Virus record (IMG/VR): IMGVR_UViG_3300020416_000657
Source: an uncultured virus (IMG/VR IMGVR_UViG_3300020416_000657)
Lineage: Duplodnaviria > Heunggongvirae > Uroviricota > Caudoviricetes
Strand: one strand, 5' to 3'
Length of the DNA stretch: 62,980 nucleotides
Both the position numbers and the translations under genes were made by a program. This document shows positions 8,260 through 17,524 of this stretch, one piece after another. The notes under the pieces were generated by a model. The model did no database searches. It saw only the letters and a list, made by a program, of their open reading frames with translations, and was not told the DNA's origin. Within the stretch, counting starts at the first letter, position 1, and every line of letters starts with the position of its first letter.

Positions 8260-10689
8260 ATGGACATAACTTCTAAATCATACCTTGCGAAACTCCTCGC
8301 TACTGAGGATGTTTCGATTGAACATAGGAATGTACCTACCGCGTACTTCGATTTGAAGTCTAGGAAAATTGTACTTCCCAATTGGAAGGACATGCCTGAT
8401 TTCTTGTATGATTTATTGATTGGTCATGAAGTTGGTCACGCTCTCGTAACTCCCGCTGAAGGTTGGCACTCTGCCTCTTCTAGTAAGGGTGCAAATTTCA
8501 AATCATTCTTGAATGTTGTAGAAGATGTTAGGAATGAGAGACTAGTTAAAATCAGATATCCAGGCTTGGTCAAGTCATTCTATAAAGGATATCAAATGCT
8601 TTACAAGAAAGACTTTTTCGGTCTTTCAAAATTACAAAAGACTCCCCAAGAATTACCACTAATTGATAGAATCAATCTTCACGCTAAGGTTGGTGCTTTC
8701 CTTACTCTACAATTCACCGCTGAGGAACAGGTCATGCTTGACAAGTGTTTCGCTGCTGAGACTTGGGATGAGGTTGTCGCCATTGCTGAGGAGTTGTATG
8801 ACTTCTCTAAGACTGAAGACGCGATGCAAGATCTTTTAGATGAACAAATGGGTATGCCCCAGTTCGGTGAAGATGAAGATGAAGATGACTTCGCTCAAGA
8901 TGAGAATGGCGAATGGTCAGAATCACCATACGGTGAACAAGAATCGGATGAGAATGAAGGTGAAGGCGAGTCCGAGTCTGGTGAAGAAACTGAAGAAGGT
9001 GAAGAGAGTGGTTCTGAGTCTGGTGAAGGTGAAGAGACTGAAGAAGAGACTGAAGATACTACTCCTTCTAGAGAAGAGTCAAAAAATACTGAAGATTCTT
9101 CTGAGTCTGGTGACCCAGAAGATGGCGATATCATGGAAGGTTCTGATAATACTGATGGTGCTAATCCATATGAGTTTGATGACGCGGAACCTAAGTCATT
9201 TACCGATGAAGCGTTTAGAGATGCTGAACAAAACCTAGTAGAATCTGGCAAGACCAATGGTGTTGTTACTGCTACTATGCCTAAGTTCAAGTCTAAGTAC
9301 TTTATTTTCCCAACTACCGATGTTTGGCCTGCTCAAGATTTTGAGTATGTTTGCGGTGGAAGGTATGATGACATTCCTGCTGGTTCTGCTAAGGATGTAG
9401 AGAAAACTTTGCTTGATGAATTCATGCAAAGAAACAAGGGTTCAATTAATCAACTAGTCATGCAGTTTGAGATGAAGAAAAAAGCCACCCTATTGAGGAA
9501 GGCTCAAGTCAACAAAACTGGTAAGTTGAATGAAGATAAGTTGTGGGCATACAAGTTGACTGAAGACTTGTTCCTATCAAGTACTACTGTGCCAGATGGT
9601 CAGAACCATGGCATGATGATGTTTGTAGACTTCTCTGGTTCAATGGGTAGACACATGGCTGGTACTATTGAACAGACACTAATTCAAGTTGCCTTCTGTA
9701 AAAAAGTTGGTATCCCATTTGATGTGTACGGTTTTTCAAACTGTGCTAACTCACTCCAGAGTGAGAAGTTCGGGAATGCCTCTAGGGCTTCTGCTTTCCA
9801 ATCTGCTAATGATGGTGAGTTGTTTATTGAGTCTGGTGGTTTCGGATTGCTTCAGTTGATATCTTCTGAATTGCCTCAGAGTGAGTACAATAGATGTTTC
9901 AAAAAGTTACTTGGTTACAAAACTTCATTTGAGTGGAGAGATATGAAACCAAGGCTGGAAAGATATAATGTTCCTTACCATCTTTATCTTGGTTCTACTC
10001 CGCTGTCAAGTTGTATGATAGTTGGTGCTAAGATTGCTAAAGAGTTCAAAGAAAGAAACAGAATTGAAGTTATGAATACAATTGTTCTTTCCGATGGTGG
10101 AAACACTTCTGACTTGGAAGTAATCTCTGAAGGTAAGTATGAAGAGAGTGGTAGGTTCAGATATGAAAATGCCATCTCAAAAGAGTTTGGTTATGGATAC
10201 GGTGAAGAGAGAACCGAGATTGGTAAGTTCCAATTGAAAGGCAACGGTTTGTCAGTCACCACTAACATCAAGGGAATGTATGGAACAAACTACGGTAGGG
10301 TCTCTTATGAAAGTGCTACTGCTGTTACTTTCGACTACTACAAAAAGTTTGTCGGTTCCAGAATAGTTCACTTCTTCCTAGTTGATAACAACATTAGAGA
10401 AGCGAGACAGGCATGGACTGATATGACAGGTCAGTATGCCGAGTATGATGAAAACTTTGATAAAGAAAAGTCAACTAATTGGAAAAACAATAACTTCATG
10501 GCTTGCGAGTCTAGGTTGGGAAGTGATGCTACTTTCATTCTGAAAGGTGCTAAGTCTCTTAATGAAGAGGCAGAGTTTGAAGTCAAGTCTGATAAGAAGG
10601 CTGACATTTTGAGAGGGTTCAAGAATTTCCAGAAAGGCAAGTCCAATTCCAGACAGTTCTTGAACAGATTTATTGATGAGGTCGCGTAA
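8260..10689 (+). CDS. CobT-like vWA protein with N-terminal HExxH metallopeptidase-like domain
   Basis: HEVGH, acidic linker, MIDAS DFSGSM...TP...LSDG; next to AAA+ partner. Confidence 0.85.
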   Translation: MDITSKSYLAKLLATEDVSIEHRNVPTAYFDLKSRKIVLPNWKDMPDFLYDLLIGHEVGHALVTPAEGWHSASSSKGANFKSFLNVVEDVRNERLVKIRYPGLVKSFYKGYQMLYKKDFFGLSKLQKTPQELPLIDRINLHAKVGAFLTLQFTAEEQVMLDKCFAAETWDEVVAIAEELYDFSKTEDAMQDLLDEQMGMPQFGEDEDEDDFAQDENGEWSESPYGEQESDENEGEGESESGEETEEGEESGSESGEGEETEEETEDTTPSREESKNTEDSSESGDPEDGDIMEGSDNTDGANPYEFDDAEPKSFTDEAFRDAEQNLVESGKTNGVVTATMPKFKSKYFIFPTTDVWPAQDFEYVCGGRYDDIPAGSAKDVEKTLLDEFMQRNKGSINQLVMQFEMKKKATLLRKAQVNKTGKLNEDKLWAYKLTEDLFLSSTTVPDGQNHGMMMFVDFSGSMGRHMAGTIEQTLIQVAFCKKVGIPFDVYGFSNCANSLQSEKFGNASRASAFQSANDGELFIESGGFGLLQLISSELPQSEYNRCFKKLLGYKTSFEWRDMKPRLERYNVPYHLYLGSTPLSSCMIVGAKIAKEFKERNRIEVMNTIVLSDGGNTSDLEVISEGKYEESGRFRYENAISKEFGYGYGEERTEIGKFQLKGNGLSVTTNIKGMYGTNYGRVSYESATAVTFDYYKKFVGSRIVHFFLVDNNIREARQAWTDMTGQYAEYDENFDKEKSTNWKNNNFMACESRLGSDATFILKGAKSLNEEAEFEVKSDKKADILRGFKNFQKGKSNSRQFLNRFIDEVA

Positions 10690-10771
10690 GTGGTTGATTT
10701 TACAGGGAAAGAAAATGAAAAAAAATTCATTTTGGCCCTTGACTTCTGCCCCCAAATATGGGATCATGATC
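10687..10771 (+). promoter_or_regulatory. IHF-consensus site (reverse) plus promoter with GATCAT -10
   Basis: TAAGTGGTTGATT 10687-10699; TTGACT 10739-10744, 17 nt, GATCAT 10762-10767, second GATC at 10768. Confidence 0.8.
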
Positions 10772-10801
10772 AAGTAATTGAGAAAAAGTGAGAGGTAAAT
10801 T

Positions 10802-12040
10802 ATGAGTGTAAAACAGAAAGAACAGTTCCTTCAGGCCCTTGCCGATGTGAACAATTCCGCGTCTGCTGTGTTCTCCAAGGCGGAGGCAATGCAGATTGCA
10901 AAATCGAATGGACTGAAAAATCCCATGTGGTTTTTCAAAGAGTGTAAAGTTGGTAGGAACCAATTTTCGCCAAACATGGCAACTCTAATGACTGTAGGTA
11001 ATACTGCTCTCAAACCTGTCGCCGCTGAGGCGCCTGCCCTTGAAGAGTCGGTATCTACCTTGGAACCAATTGAGACAATTCAGTCTCAATCATTGGATGC
11101 CAAGATTGTAAAACAGGCTAAACTTGCGGTGGAAATCGAGAATTTAATTCCAGATTCAGATAGTACTTATGTCCCATTTGGGTTTCATAAAGATTTGGTG
11201 AACATCATCAAGTCTGGTATGTTCTATCCGACTTTCATTTGTGGTCTTTCTGGTAACGGTAAGACTATGATGGTGGAACAGGTTTGCGCCAAACTCAAGA
11301 AAGAAGCCATTAGGGTTAACATCTCTATCGAAACCGATGAGGATGACTTGATTGGTGGTAACACTCTCGTAGATGGTAATGTGGTTTACAGGGAAGGCCC
11401 TGTGCTGACTGCCATGAAGAGAGGTGCGATTCTCATTCTGGATGAGATTGATAGGGGTTCTAACAAGTTGATGTGCCTTCAGGCAATCCTTGAAGGGAAA
11501 CCTTACTTCAATAAGAAGTCTGGTGAGGTTGTCACGCCTGCTAAAGGTTTCAATGTGATTGCTACCGCGAATACAAAAGGTAGAGGTTCCGATGACGGTA
11601 AGTTCATGGGTGCTCAAGTTCTGGATGAGGCGTTCCTAGAAAGGTTCGCTATCACGGTTGAACAGGAATATCCTTCTAGTGTTCAAGAGAAGAAAATTGT
11701 CATGAACAAAATGGGTGTTGCTGAGTGTGTCGATGAAGACTTTGCTGACAAGTTGGTCATGTGGGCTGACATAATCAGAAAGACTTTCTACGAAGGTGGA
11801 ATCGATGAGTTGGTTTCCACTAGAAGGTTGGAACACATTGTCAAGGCATACGCCATGTTCTCTGATAGACTCAAGGCAATTCAGTTGTGTGTCAATAGGT
11901 TTGATACCGACACTAAGTCTGCCTTCATTGACCTTTACACTAAGGTGGATGCTGGTGCCACGGTTGAAGATATCATGGACAGTCCTGCCGAAGAAGGTGA
12001 AAAAGCTGCTGCTGAGGAGAATGATAGTTATGACTTCTAG
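10802..12040 (+). CDS. cobS: CobS/MoxR-like AAA+ ATPase
   Basis: GLSGNGKT, ILDEID, ATANTKG, LDEAFLERF, STRRL. Confidence 0.9.
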   Translation: MSVKQKEQFLQALADVNNSASAVFSKAEAMQIAKSNGLKNPMWFFKECKVGRNQFSPNMATLMTVGNTALKPVAAEAPALEESVSTLEPIETIQSQSLDAKIVKQAKLAVEIENLIPDSDSTYVPFGFHKDLVNIIKSGMFYPTFICGLSGNGKTMMVEQVCAKLKKEAIRVNISIETDEDDLIGGNTLVDGNVVYREGPVLTAMKRGAILILDEIDRGSNKLMCLQAILEGKPYFNKKSGEVVTPAKGFNVIATANTKGRGSDDGKFMGAQVLDEAFLERFAITVEQEYPSSVQEKKIVMNKMGVAECVDEDFADKLVMWADIIRKTFYEGGIDELVSTRRLEHIVKAYAMFSDRLKAIQLCVNRFDTDTKSAFIDLYTKVDAGATVEDIMDSPAEEGEKAAAEENDSYDF

Positions 12041-12395
12041 TCCAGACTACAAATATAATGAAGGGGCTCTTATTCAAGAGCTCCAATCTTATATAGATGA
12101 AACTTATGGGCAACATTATTCCCAGAACAAATATCAGGCAACCGAATTTATTATTGACGGTGGTCATGGGATGGGATTTTGTATTGGAAACATTTTGAAG
12201 TATGCCCAGAGGTATGGAAAAAAAGACGGTACTAACCGTAAAGATTTATTAAAGGTACTGCACTATGCTATTATCGCATTGCATGTACATGACATTGGTG
12301 AGCAAGAAGCAGAGAGTGAGCAAGTTCGCCAGTACGCACAGTTTGAGGGACATATCGCTGAAGAGACTTCAGCTGAAGACGATATACCCTTTTAA
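12030..12395 (+). CDS. DUF3310-like protein
   Basis: HYS...GFCIGNILKYAQRYGKK..DLLK pattern; start refined to the ATG after GAGGAG. Confidence 0.8.
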   Translation: MTSSPDYKYNEGALIQELQSYIDETYGQHYSQNKYQATEFIIDGGHGMGFCIGNILKYAQRYGKKDGTNRKDLLKVLHYAIIALHVHDIGEQEAESEQVRQYAQFEGHIAEETSAEDDIPF

Positions 12396-12400
12396 CAGTT

Positions 12401-12472
12401 TGCCCCCAGCGGGCAGTCGGGACTTGGTACGCCTCTCTCTTACTCTCTCACAAGAAGTATCAAGTTCCCGAC
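12401..12472 (+). ncRNA. Candidate structured small RNA: short hairpin plus ~15-bp stem with CU-rich loop
   Basis: TGCCC/GGGCA; GTCGGGACTTGGTAC (12416-30) pairs with GTATCAAGTTCCCGAC (12457-72); loop contains CTCTCTCTTACTCTCTCA. Confidence 0.6.
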
Positions 12473-12480
12473 ACTTTTAT

Positions 12481-12488
12481 TATAAATA
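12481..12488 (+). promoter_or_regulatory. T4-type late promoter
   Basis: TATAAATA upstream of ORF 12521. Confidence 0.8.
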
Positions 12489-12520
12489 AGAGAGTAAGAA
12501 TTTTATTAGAGGAATGAACA

Positions 12521-12871
12521 ATGGCATATAGATTAACTTATACAAGTACTCGACCAGATACTTCAGCCAATTGGTATTTTTTTGCCGAGGACGCTAGTTC
12601 TGATTTCGAGACAAACGGTACACATTTTAGGAATTGGCTTGACGCGAGGTCAGATGTTACAGTAACATTGACTATTGCTGAAGACAATCTTTCTTTTAAA
12701 TGGGATTTAGATTTCGCTGATGAAGACGCTTACAATGCGTATATAGTGGACAGGGATGCCTTATTTGCGGCTGCACCTTACAATGGAACTGGTCACTTAT
12801 CAGAGACTTCTTATAAAGATTACTTGACTGCTAATGGTATGACAGAAGAGATTACTACTGGCGAAGTATAA
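12521..12871 (+). CDS. Hypothetical late protein
   Basis: RBS GAGG, late promoter, 116-aa ORF. Confidence 0.75.
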   Translation: MAYRLTYTSTRPDTSANWYFFAEDASSDFETNGTHFRNWLDARSDVTVTLTIAEDNLSFKWDLDFADEDAYNAYIVDRDALFAAAPYNGTGHLSETSYKDYLTANGMTEEITTGEV

Positions 12872-12880
12872 AAAATGGGG

Positions 12881-12910
12881 TTGACATTTGCCCCTAACAA
12901 ATGTTAGTAT
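12881..12910 (+). promoter_or_regulatory. Sigma70-type promoter for gp45 operon
   Basis: TTGACA-18-TAGTAT with TG extension. Confidence 0.6.
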
Positions 12911-12938
12911 ATGATGTTTAATTTGATTGAGGTATATT

Positions 12939-13589
12939 ATGAAACTATCCAAAAGTACTTTGGAGTTGTTGAAAAACTTTGCTACGATTAATACCAATTT
13001 ATTGGTTAAGTCTGGTAGTAGTTTATCAACTGTGTCCGCTTCTAAGTCTATTTTTGCAAAGGGCACAATCGAAGAGAGCTTCCCACAGGAGTTCGCAATC
13101 TATGACTTAAATCAATTTCTATCTTTGGTCACAATGAGTGAGGATACTGAGATTGATTTTTCCGATGATTATCTGACATGTAAGTCCGATGCTGGAAGGT
13201 TCAAGTTTTATTACGCGGAACCATCTATTATCGTGGCAGCTCCAGATAAAGAAATTGAAATTGATGCTTTCTATCAATTCAATATTACCAAAGAACAACT
13301 CAACACTATCTACAGGGCAGCGAGTGTAATCTCTGCTCCTACTCTTAGTGTTGTCGCCAATGGTGGCAATGTAGTTCTTAGTGTGGGTGACCCGAATACT
13401 CCTAAGAGTAATTCATTCACTACCGACATTGGTAATGCTAATGTAGAGTTTGATGCTAGACTAGGAATTGAAAACCTAAAAGTAATCGCGGATGATTATG
13501 AGGTTACTGTTTCCCAGAAGAAAGTATTCAAATTTTCTAACGCGAAGAGAACCTATTTCTTGGCACTAGAACCGAGTTCAAATATTTAA
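12939..13589 (+). CDS. gp45: Sliding clamp
   Basis: MKLSKSTLELLKNFATIN..., FAIYDLNQFL. Confidence 0.95.
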   Translation: MKLSKSTLELLKNFATINTNLLVKSGSSLSTVSASKSIFAKGTIEESFPQEFAIYDLNQFLSLVTMSEDTEIDFSDDYLTCKSDAGRFKFYYAEPSIIVAAPDKEIEIDAFYQFNITKEQLNTIYRAASVISAPTLSVVANGGNVVLSVGDPNTPKSNSFTTDIGNANVEFDARLGIENLKVIADDYEVTVSQKKVFKFSNAKRTYFLALEPSSNI

Positions 13590-13753
13590 TGGCTTGGGTT
13601 GAAGGAATGATTGCCGTTTATGGAATGATATTATCTTTCATGGCCGGCTGGTTAATGCCTAGAGGTAATTTTATAAGAAGATTTCAGTTATGGGTAACCA
13701 AAAAAATATACAATTGGTTAGCACATGACAAAGAAAAGTTGAAGGAGAAATAA
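13589..13753 (+). CDS. Small membrane protein (54 aa)
   Basis: ATG overlaps gp45 stop; MAWVEGMIAVYGMILSFMAGWLMP...; fills gap. Confidence 0.6.
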   Translation: MAWVEGMIAVYGMILSFMAGWLMPRGNFIRRFQLWVTKKIYNWLAHDKEKLKEK

Positions 13754-14368
13754 ATGAAAATCGAAGTTGGTCAAAAACTGCCACAAGATATCACTTTTCA
13801 CATGAGGGTGAGGGATGAAAATATGGTGGCACAGGGTGATGATAACCCATACATTTGGCAGATGGTTAATTCAACTGACTTGTTCAAGGATAAAAGGGTA
13901 GTTCTTTTTTCTTTGCCAGGCGCTTTTACTCCAACATGTTCTACTTATCAACTACCAGACTATGACAATAATTACGAATTGTTCAAAGCAAATGGTATTG
14001 ATGAAGTGTATTGTCTATCTGTTAATGATAGTTTTGTTATGAACAAGTGGGGTGATTGGTTGGACATCGATAATGTCAAATTAATTCCAGATGGTAGTGC
14101 TTATTTTACTGAGCAAATGGGTGCATTGGTAAGGAAAGACAATCTAGGATTTGGCGCTAGGTCATGGAGATATTCTTTACTCGCAAATGATGGAGTAGTT
14201 GAAGTCGCATTTGTCGAAGATGGATGTGGTGACGATTGTCCAACAGACCCATATGAAGTGTCTGACCCCTTAACTATGATGGAGTATATTCAAACTGTTA
14301 GTCCAGTAGGTAGACAGCACGAATTAAATCTTGAAGATGGATTGGGAACAGAAGAACAGTTTGCATAA
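13754..14368 (+). CDS. Peroxiredoxin (Prx5 type)
   Basis: SLPGAFTPTCS, SVNDSFVM, GFGARSWRY. Confidence 0.93.
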   Translation: MKIEVGQKLPQDITFHMRVRDENMVAQGDDNPYIWQMVNSTDLFKDKRVVLFSLPGAFTPTCSTYQLPDYDNNYELFKANGIDEVYCLSVNDSFVMNKWGDWLDIDNVKLIPDGSAYFTEQMGALVRKDNLGFGARSWRYSLLANDGVVEVAFVEDGCGDDCPTDPYEVSDPLTMMEYIQTVSPVGRQHELNLEDGLGTEEQFA

Positions 14369-15152
14369 AGTTGATTACGATTTAAAACCTTTATCAAAAG
14401 AACTCGCAATAGATTTTATACAAACGCATCATTATTCACCTATGATGCCTAAACTTACGAAACACTATTTGGGGTGTTTCTTGGAAGGTGAATTAGTAGG
14501 CGTTTTGACTCTGGGATGGGGAACACAACCTAGACAAACAATCAATAAAATGTTTACAGGTCTGGAGTCAAAGCATTACTGGGAGATTGGTAAGATGTGC
14601 ATGACGGATGAAATGCCAACCAATTCCGAATCACAAATGATAAAGAAAACTGTGAGATGGATAAAAGATAATTGTCCAGATGTATTGTTTCTTTATACAA
14701 TGGCAGATGGTATCATGGGTAAGTGTGGATATGTATATCAGGCAAGTAATTTTTTATACGGTGGACAATACTTCACTCAAGTATATGAAATAAATGGTGA
14801 GAAGGTTCACCCAAGAGCAACAAGAAAGTTATGTGAGGAGAACGCAAAGTTCTCTGGCAAAGAGAGAGTTTTTTGGTTGACTTCAGATTTTATGCAAGAG
14901 AAGGGAATCAAAAAAATAGAAGGGTATATGTTTAGATATATCTTTCCGCTGAATAAGAAAGCAAAAAAATTATTGAAAAAATCAAATATGGAATGGACTA
15001 GAACTTATCCAAAAGACCATGACCTAAAATGGTTTGATAAAACATCCAATCCAAAATTTGAAATCGAACAACCTCACTTCACATATGATGAAGTTCTCCA
15101 TAACGCGAGGAATATATCTGGTGGTGGGGCATCTTTAAGAGGAATATTATGA
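14331..15152 (+). CDS. Mom-like GNAT-family DNA modification protein (start may be TTG 14361)
   Basis: HHYS...LVGVLTLG...EIGKMC...NSES...AD...GYVYQASNFLY pattern. Confidence 0.7.
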   Translation: MKMDWEQKNSLHKVDYDLKPLSKELAIDFIQTHHYSPMMPKLTKHYLGCFLEGELVGVLTLGWGTQPRQTINKMFTGLESKHYWEIGKMCMTDEMPTNSESQMIKKTVRWIKDNCPDVLFLYTMADGIMGKCGYVYQASNFLYGGQYFTQVYEINGEKVHPRATRKLCEENAKFSGKERVFWLTSDFMQEKGIKKIEGYMFRYIFPLNKKAKKLLKKSNMEWTRTYPKDHDLKWFDKTSNPKFEIEQPHFTYDEVLHNARNISGGGASLRGIL

Positions 15153-15916
15153 GTACAATTGTTTTAGTATCTGGTGGTTTTGACCCACTACATAAAGGTC
15201 ATCTTAACCTACTACAAGAGGCAAGAAAGTTGGGTGACCATCTATCAGTTGGTTTGAATAGTGATGAGTGGTTGACCAGAAAGAAGGGGTCACCCTTTAT
15301 GTCAGCATTTGACAGGATGGATATATTGATGAACCTAGAATGTGTTGACCATGTAGTTCCTTTCAATGATGATGACGATACTGCTAAAGACTTTATTGAA
15401 AGAGCAATTGCTAGTCATGGAATAGACCACAAGTTTATATTTGCTAATGGTGGTGACAGGACAGAAGAAAACATACCAGAGATGGAACTAAGAGAAAAAT
15501 TTTCCATGGCTCATTTAGAGTTTGTTTTTGGTGTTGGTGGAGATAAAACTTATTCTAGTAGTTCGGTAAACAATGTAGAAAGAGCATGGGGTGACTATAA
15601 AGTTATTCACGCGGAACAAACTGCTAAAGTAAAAATACTAAACATTGACATTAATAAAAGCATTAGTTACCAAAGACACTTTTATCGTGGGGAAATTTGG
15701 CATGTCGTAAATGGTATGGCAATGATTAAAACCAGTAAAGGTAAACCAGAAAATTATACTTATGAGTACTTGACTTCTGGTCAGAACTTCAGTATAATAC
15801 CCTACGAATGGCATCAAATAACAAATGTGGGTAATGAACCCCTAAAGATAATTGAAATACAACATGGTTCTTATGTTGAAGAAGATGACATAGAAAGACA
15901 GGAGATAGTACATTGA
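15149..15916 (+). CDS. Cytidylyltransferase-like domain fused to a mannose-6-P-isomerase-type cupin
   Basis: SGGFDPLHKGH, FANGGDR, SSS; ERAWG...SYQRH..R.E.W...IIEIQHG.Y.EEDDIER. Confidence 0.88.
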   Translation: MSTIVLVSGGFDPLHKGHLNLLQEARKLGDHLSVGLNSDEWLTRKKGSPFMSAFDRMDILMNLECVDHVVPFNDDDDTAKDFIERAIASHGIDHKFIFANGGDRTEENIPEMELREKFSMAHLEFVFGVGGDKTYSSSSVNNVERAWGDYKVIHAEQTAKVKILNIDINKSISYQRHFYRGEIWHVVNGMAMIKTSKGKPENYTYEYLTSGQNFSIIPYEWHQITNVGNEPLKIIEIQHGSYVEEDDIERQEIVH

Positions 15917-16107
15917 GAAAAAAGAATGTGAAAGAAAGAAGAAAGGTAGCATTGGGTAACTTGCTGAAAGCAAAGTTTACTCCCAAACAGGTAAAGTCTG
16001 GCAAGTTTGTCAAAGGCAAACCTGTTATGGTAGACCGTTCTGAGGAAACTTGGAACAAGAATCGTGAATACCAGATTGAGGTATTAGAAAAAAGGGTGCA
16101 AGGATGA
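15913..16107 (+). CDS. Small basic hypothetical protein
   Basis: TTG start after GGAG; coupled to both neighbours. Confidence 0.6.
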   Translation: MRKKNVKERRKVALGNLLKAKFTPKQVKSGKFVKGKPVMVDRSEETWNKNREYQIEVLEKRVQG

Positions 16108-17033
16108 ATGAGTTTCTATGGGTAGAGAAGTATAGACCCCAAACTATTTCCGATTGTATTTTACCAGATGGTTTGAAAAAAACTTTCCAAGAGTATGTTG
16201 ATGCTGGTGAAATATCCAATATGCTTTTGTGTGGGACTGCTGGTACAGGTAAAACCACGGTGGCGAGAGCACTTTGTAATGAACTTGGTTGTGACTACAT
16301 TGTTATCAACGGTTCTGATGAAAGTGGTATCGATGTATTGCGTACTAAGATAAGAGACTTTGCGAGTACAGTTAGTTTTGAAAGTAAGGCGAAGGTTGTT
16401 ATCCTAGACGAGGCAGACTATCTAAATCCTAACTCAACACAACCAGCACTTAGAGCTTTTATTGAGGAGTTTTCTGGCAATTGCAGATTTATTTTCACAT
16501 GCAATTTCAAGAATCGAATTATCGAACCTCTTCACAGTAGAACATCTGTTGTCGATTTTAAGATTGATAAGAAAGATAGACCAGAGATGGCACAGAAGTT
16601 CATGGGAAGGATGCAAAAAATCCTAATACAAGAAGGTATTCCATACGAACAGAATGTTCTCGCGGAACTATTGATGAAACACTTCCCAGACTATCGTAGG
16701 GTTATTAATGAACTTCAGAGATATTCTAGGAGTGGTTCTATCGATAGTGGTATTCTAAGTAACATTGCTGAGATAAACACCAAGGGATTGATTGACAGTC
16801 TCAAGGATAAGGATTGGAAGAAGATGAGACAATGGGTAGTCAATAATGTTGACAATGACCCACAAGGTGTTTACAGGAAGGTCTATGACTCTCTTATCGA
16901 TAAGGTAAAACAAGTACCCCACTTGGTACTATTGATTGCTGACTACCAGTACAAGAGTGCATTTGTGGCAGACCAAGAGATTAACTTGACCGCGTGTCTA
17001 ACTGATATCATGGCGAGTGTTGAATTTAAATGA
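16104..17033 (+). CDS. gp44: Clamp loader large subunit
   Basis: LWVEKYRP, GTAGTGKT, ILDEADYL. Confidence 0.97.
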   Translation: MNEFLWVEKYRPQTISDCILPDGLKKTFQEYVDAGEISNMLLCGTAGTGKTTVARALCNELGCDYIVINGSDESGIDVLRTKIRDFASTVSFESKAKVVILDEADYLNPNSTQPALRAFIEEFSGNCRFIFTCNFKNRIIEPLHSRTSVVDFKIDKKDRPEMAQKFMGRMQKILIQEGIPYEQNVLAELLMKHFPDYRRVINELQRYSRSGSIDSGILSNIAEINTKGLIDSLKDKDWKKMRQWVVNNVDNDPQGVYRKVYDSLIDKVKQVPHLVLLIADYQYKSAFVADQEINLTACLTDIMASVEFK

Positions 17034-17473
17034 TTGAAGGATTAGGTGAACCAGTAAAGACCTATGATGCTGAAGAGTTCAAGGTAAAGAAAAAAGCAAT
17101 TAGTCCTTTTGACTTTGCTAACAGTATCAACTACACCAAAGAAAATTTGATTGTAGATGATTGGTCTGAGAAACAATACAATCCTTTTATCGTGAACAAG
17201 TCATTGTCTCATGGAATCGATACGGTTGTGGCATCTAATGAAATGAATTCTAGACCACACTTGGATGCAAAAATGCAGTATGATTTTTTGCGTGGTTTTG
17301 TTCGTAAGAAAAAAAGATTTAACAAGTGGTTAAAACCAGAGAAAGAAGAACATCTAGAAATTGTAAAAGAATATTTTGGTTACAGTAATGTTCGGGCCCA
17401 AGAAGCACTCAGATTATTGAGTGAGGCAGATATCGAGGCGATAAAAGGCTTATTGAAGAAGGGTGGAAAATAG
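17030..17473 (+). CDS. gp62: Clamp loader small subunit
   Basis: YNPFIVNKSLS, KKKRFNKWLK, KEYFGYS; follows gp44. Confidence 0.93.
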   Translation: MIEGLGEPVKTYDAEEFKVKKKAISPFDFANSINYTKENLIVDDWSEKQYNPFIVNKSLSHGIDTVVASNEMNSRPHLDAKMQYDFLRGFVRKKKRFNKWLKPEKEEHLEIVKEYFGYSNVRAQEALRLLSEADIEAIKGLLKKGGK

Positions 17474-17524
17474 TAAAACCATAAATACTTTCATATTAAT
17501 TAACAAAATTATGAAGGTATTATC

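Noticed and set aside
8860..9200. GAA/GAG-rich quasi-repeats
   Set aside because: Explained by the acidic low-complexity linker of the vWA protein
8260..12040. Cobalamin biosynthesis from cobS/cobT-like genes
   Set aside because: No cobN or other cob genes in the window; the motifs fit a generic MoxR/vWA pair
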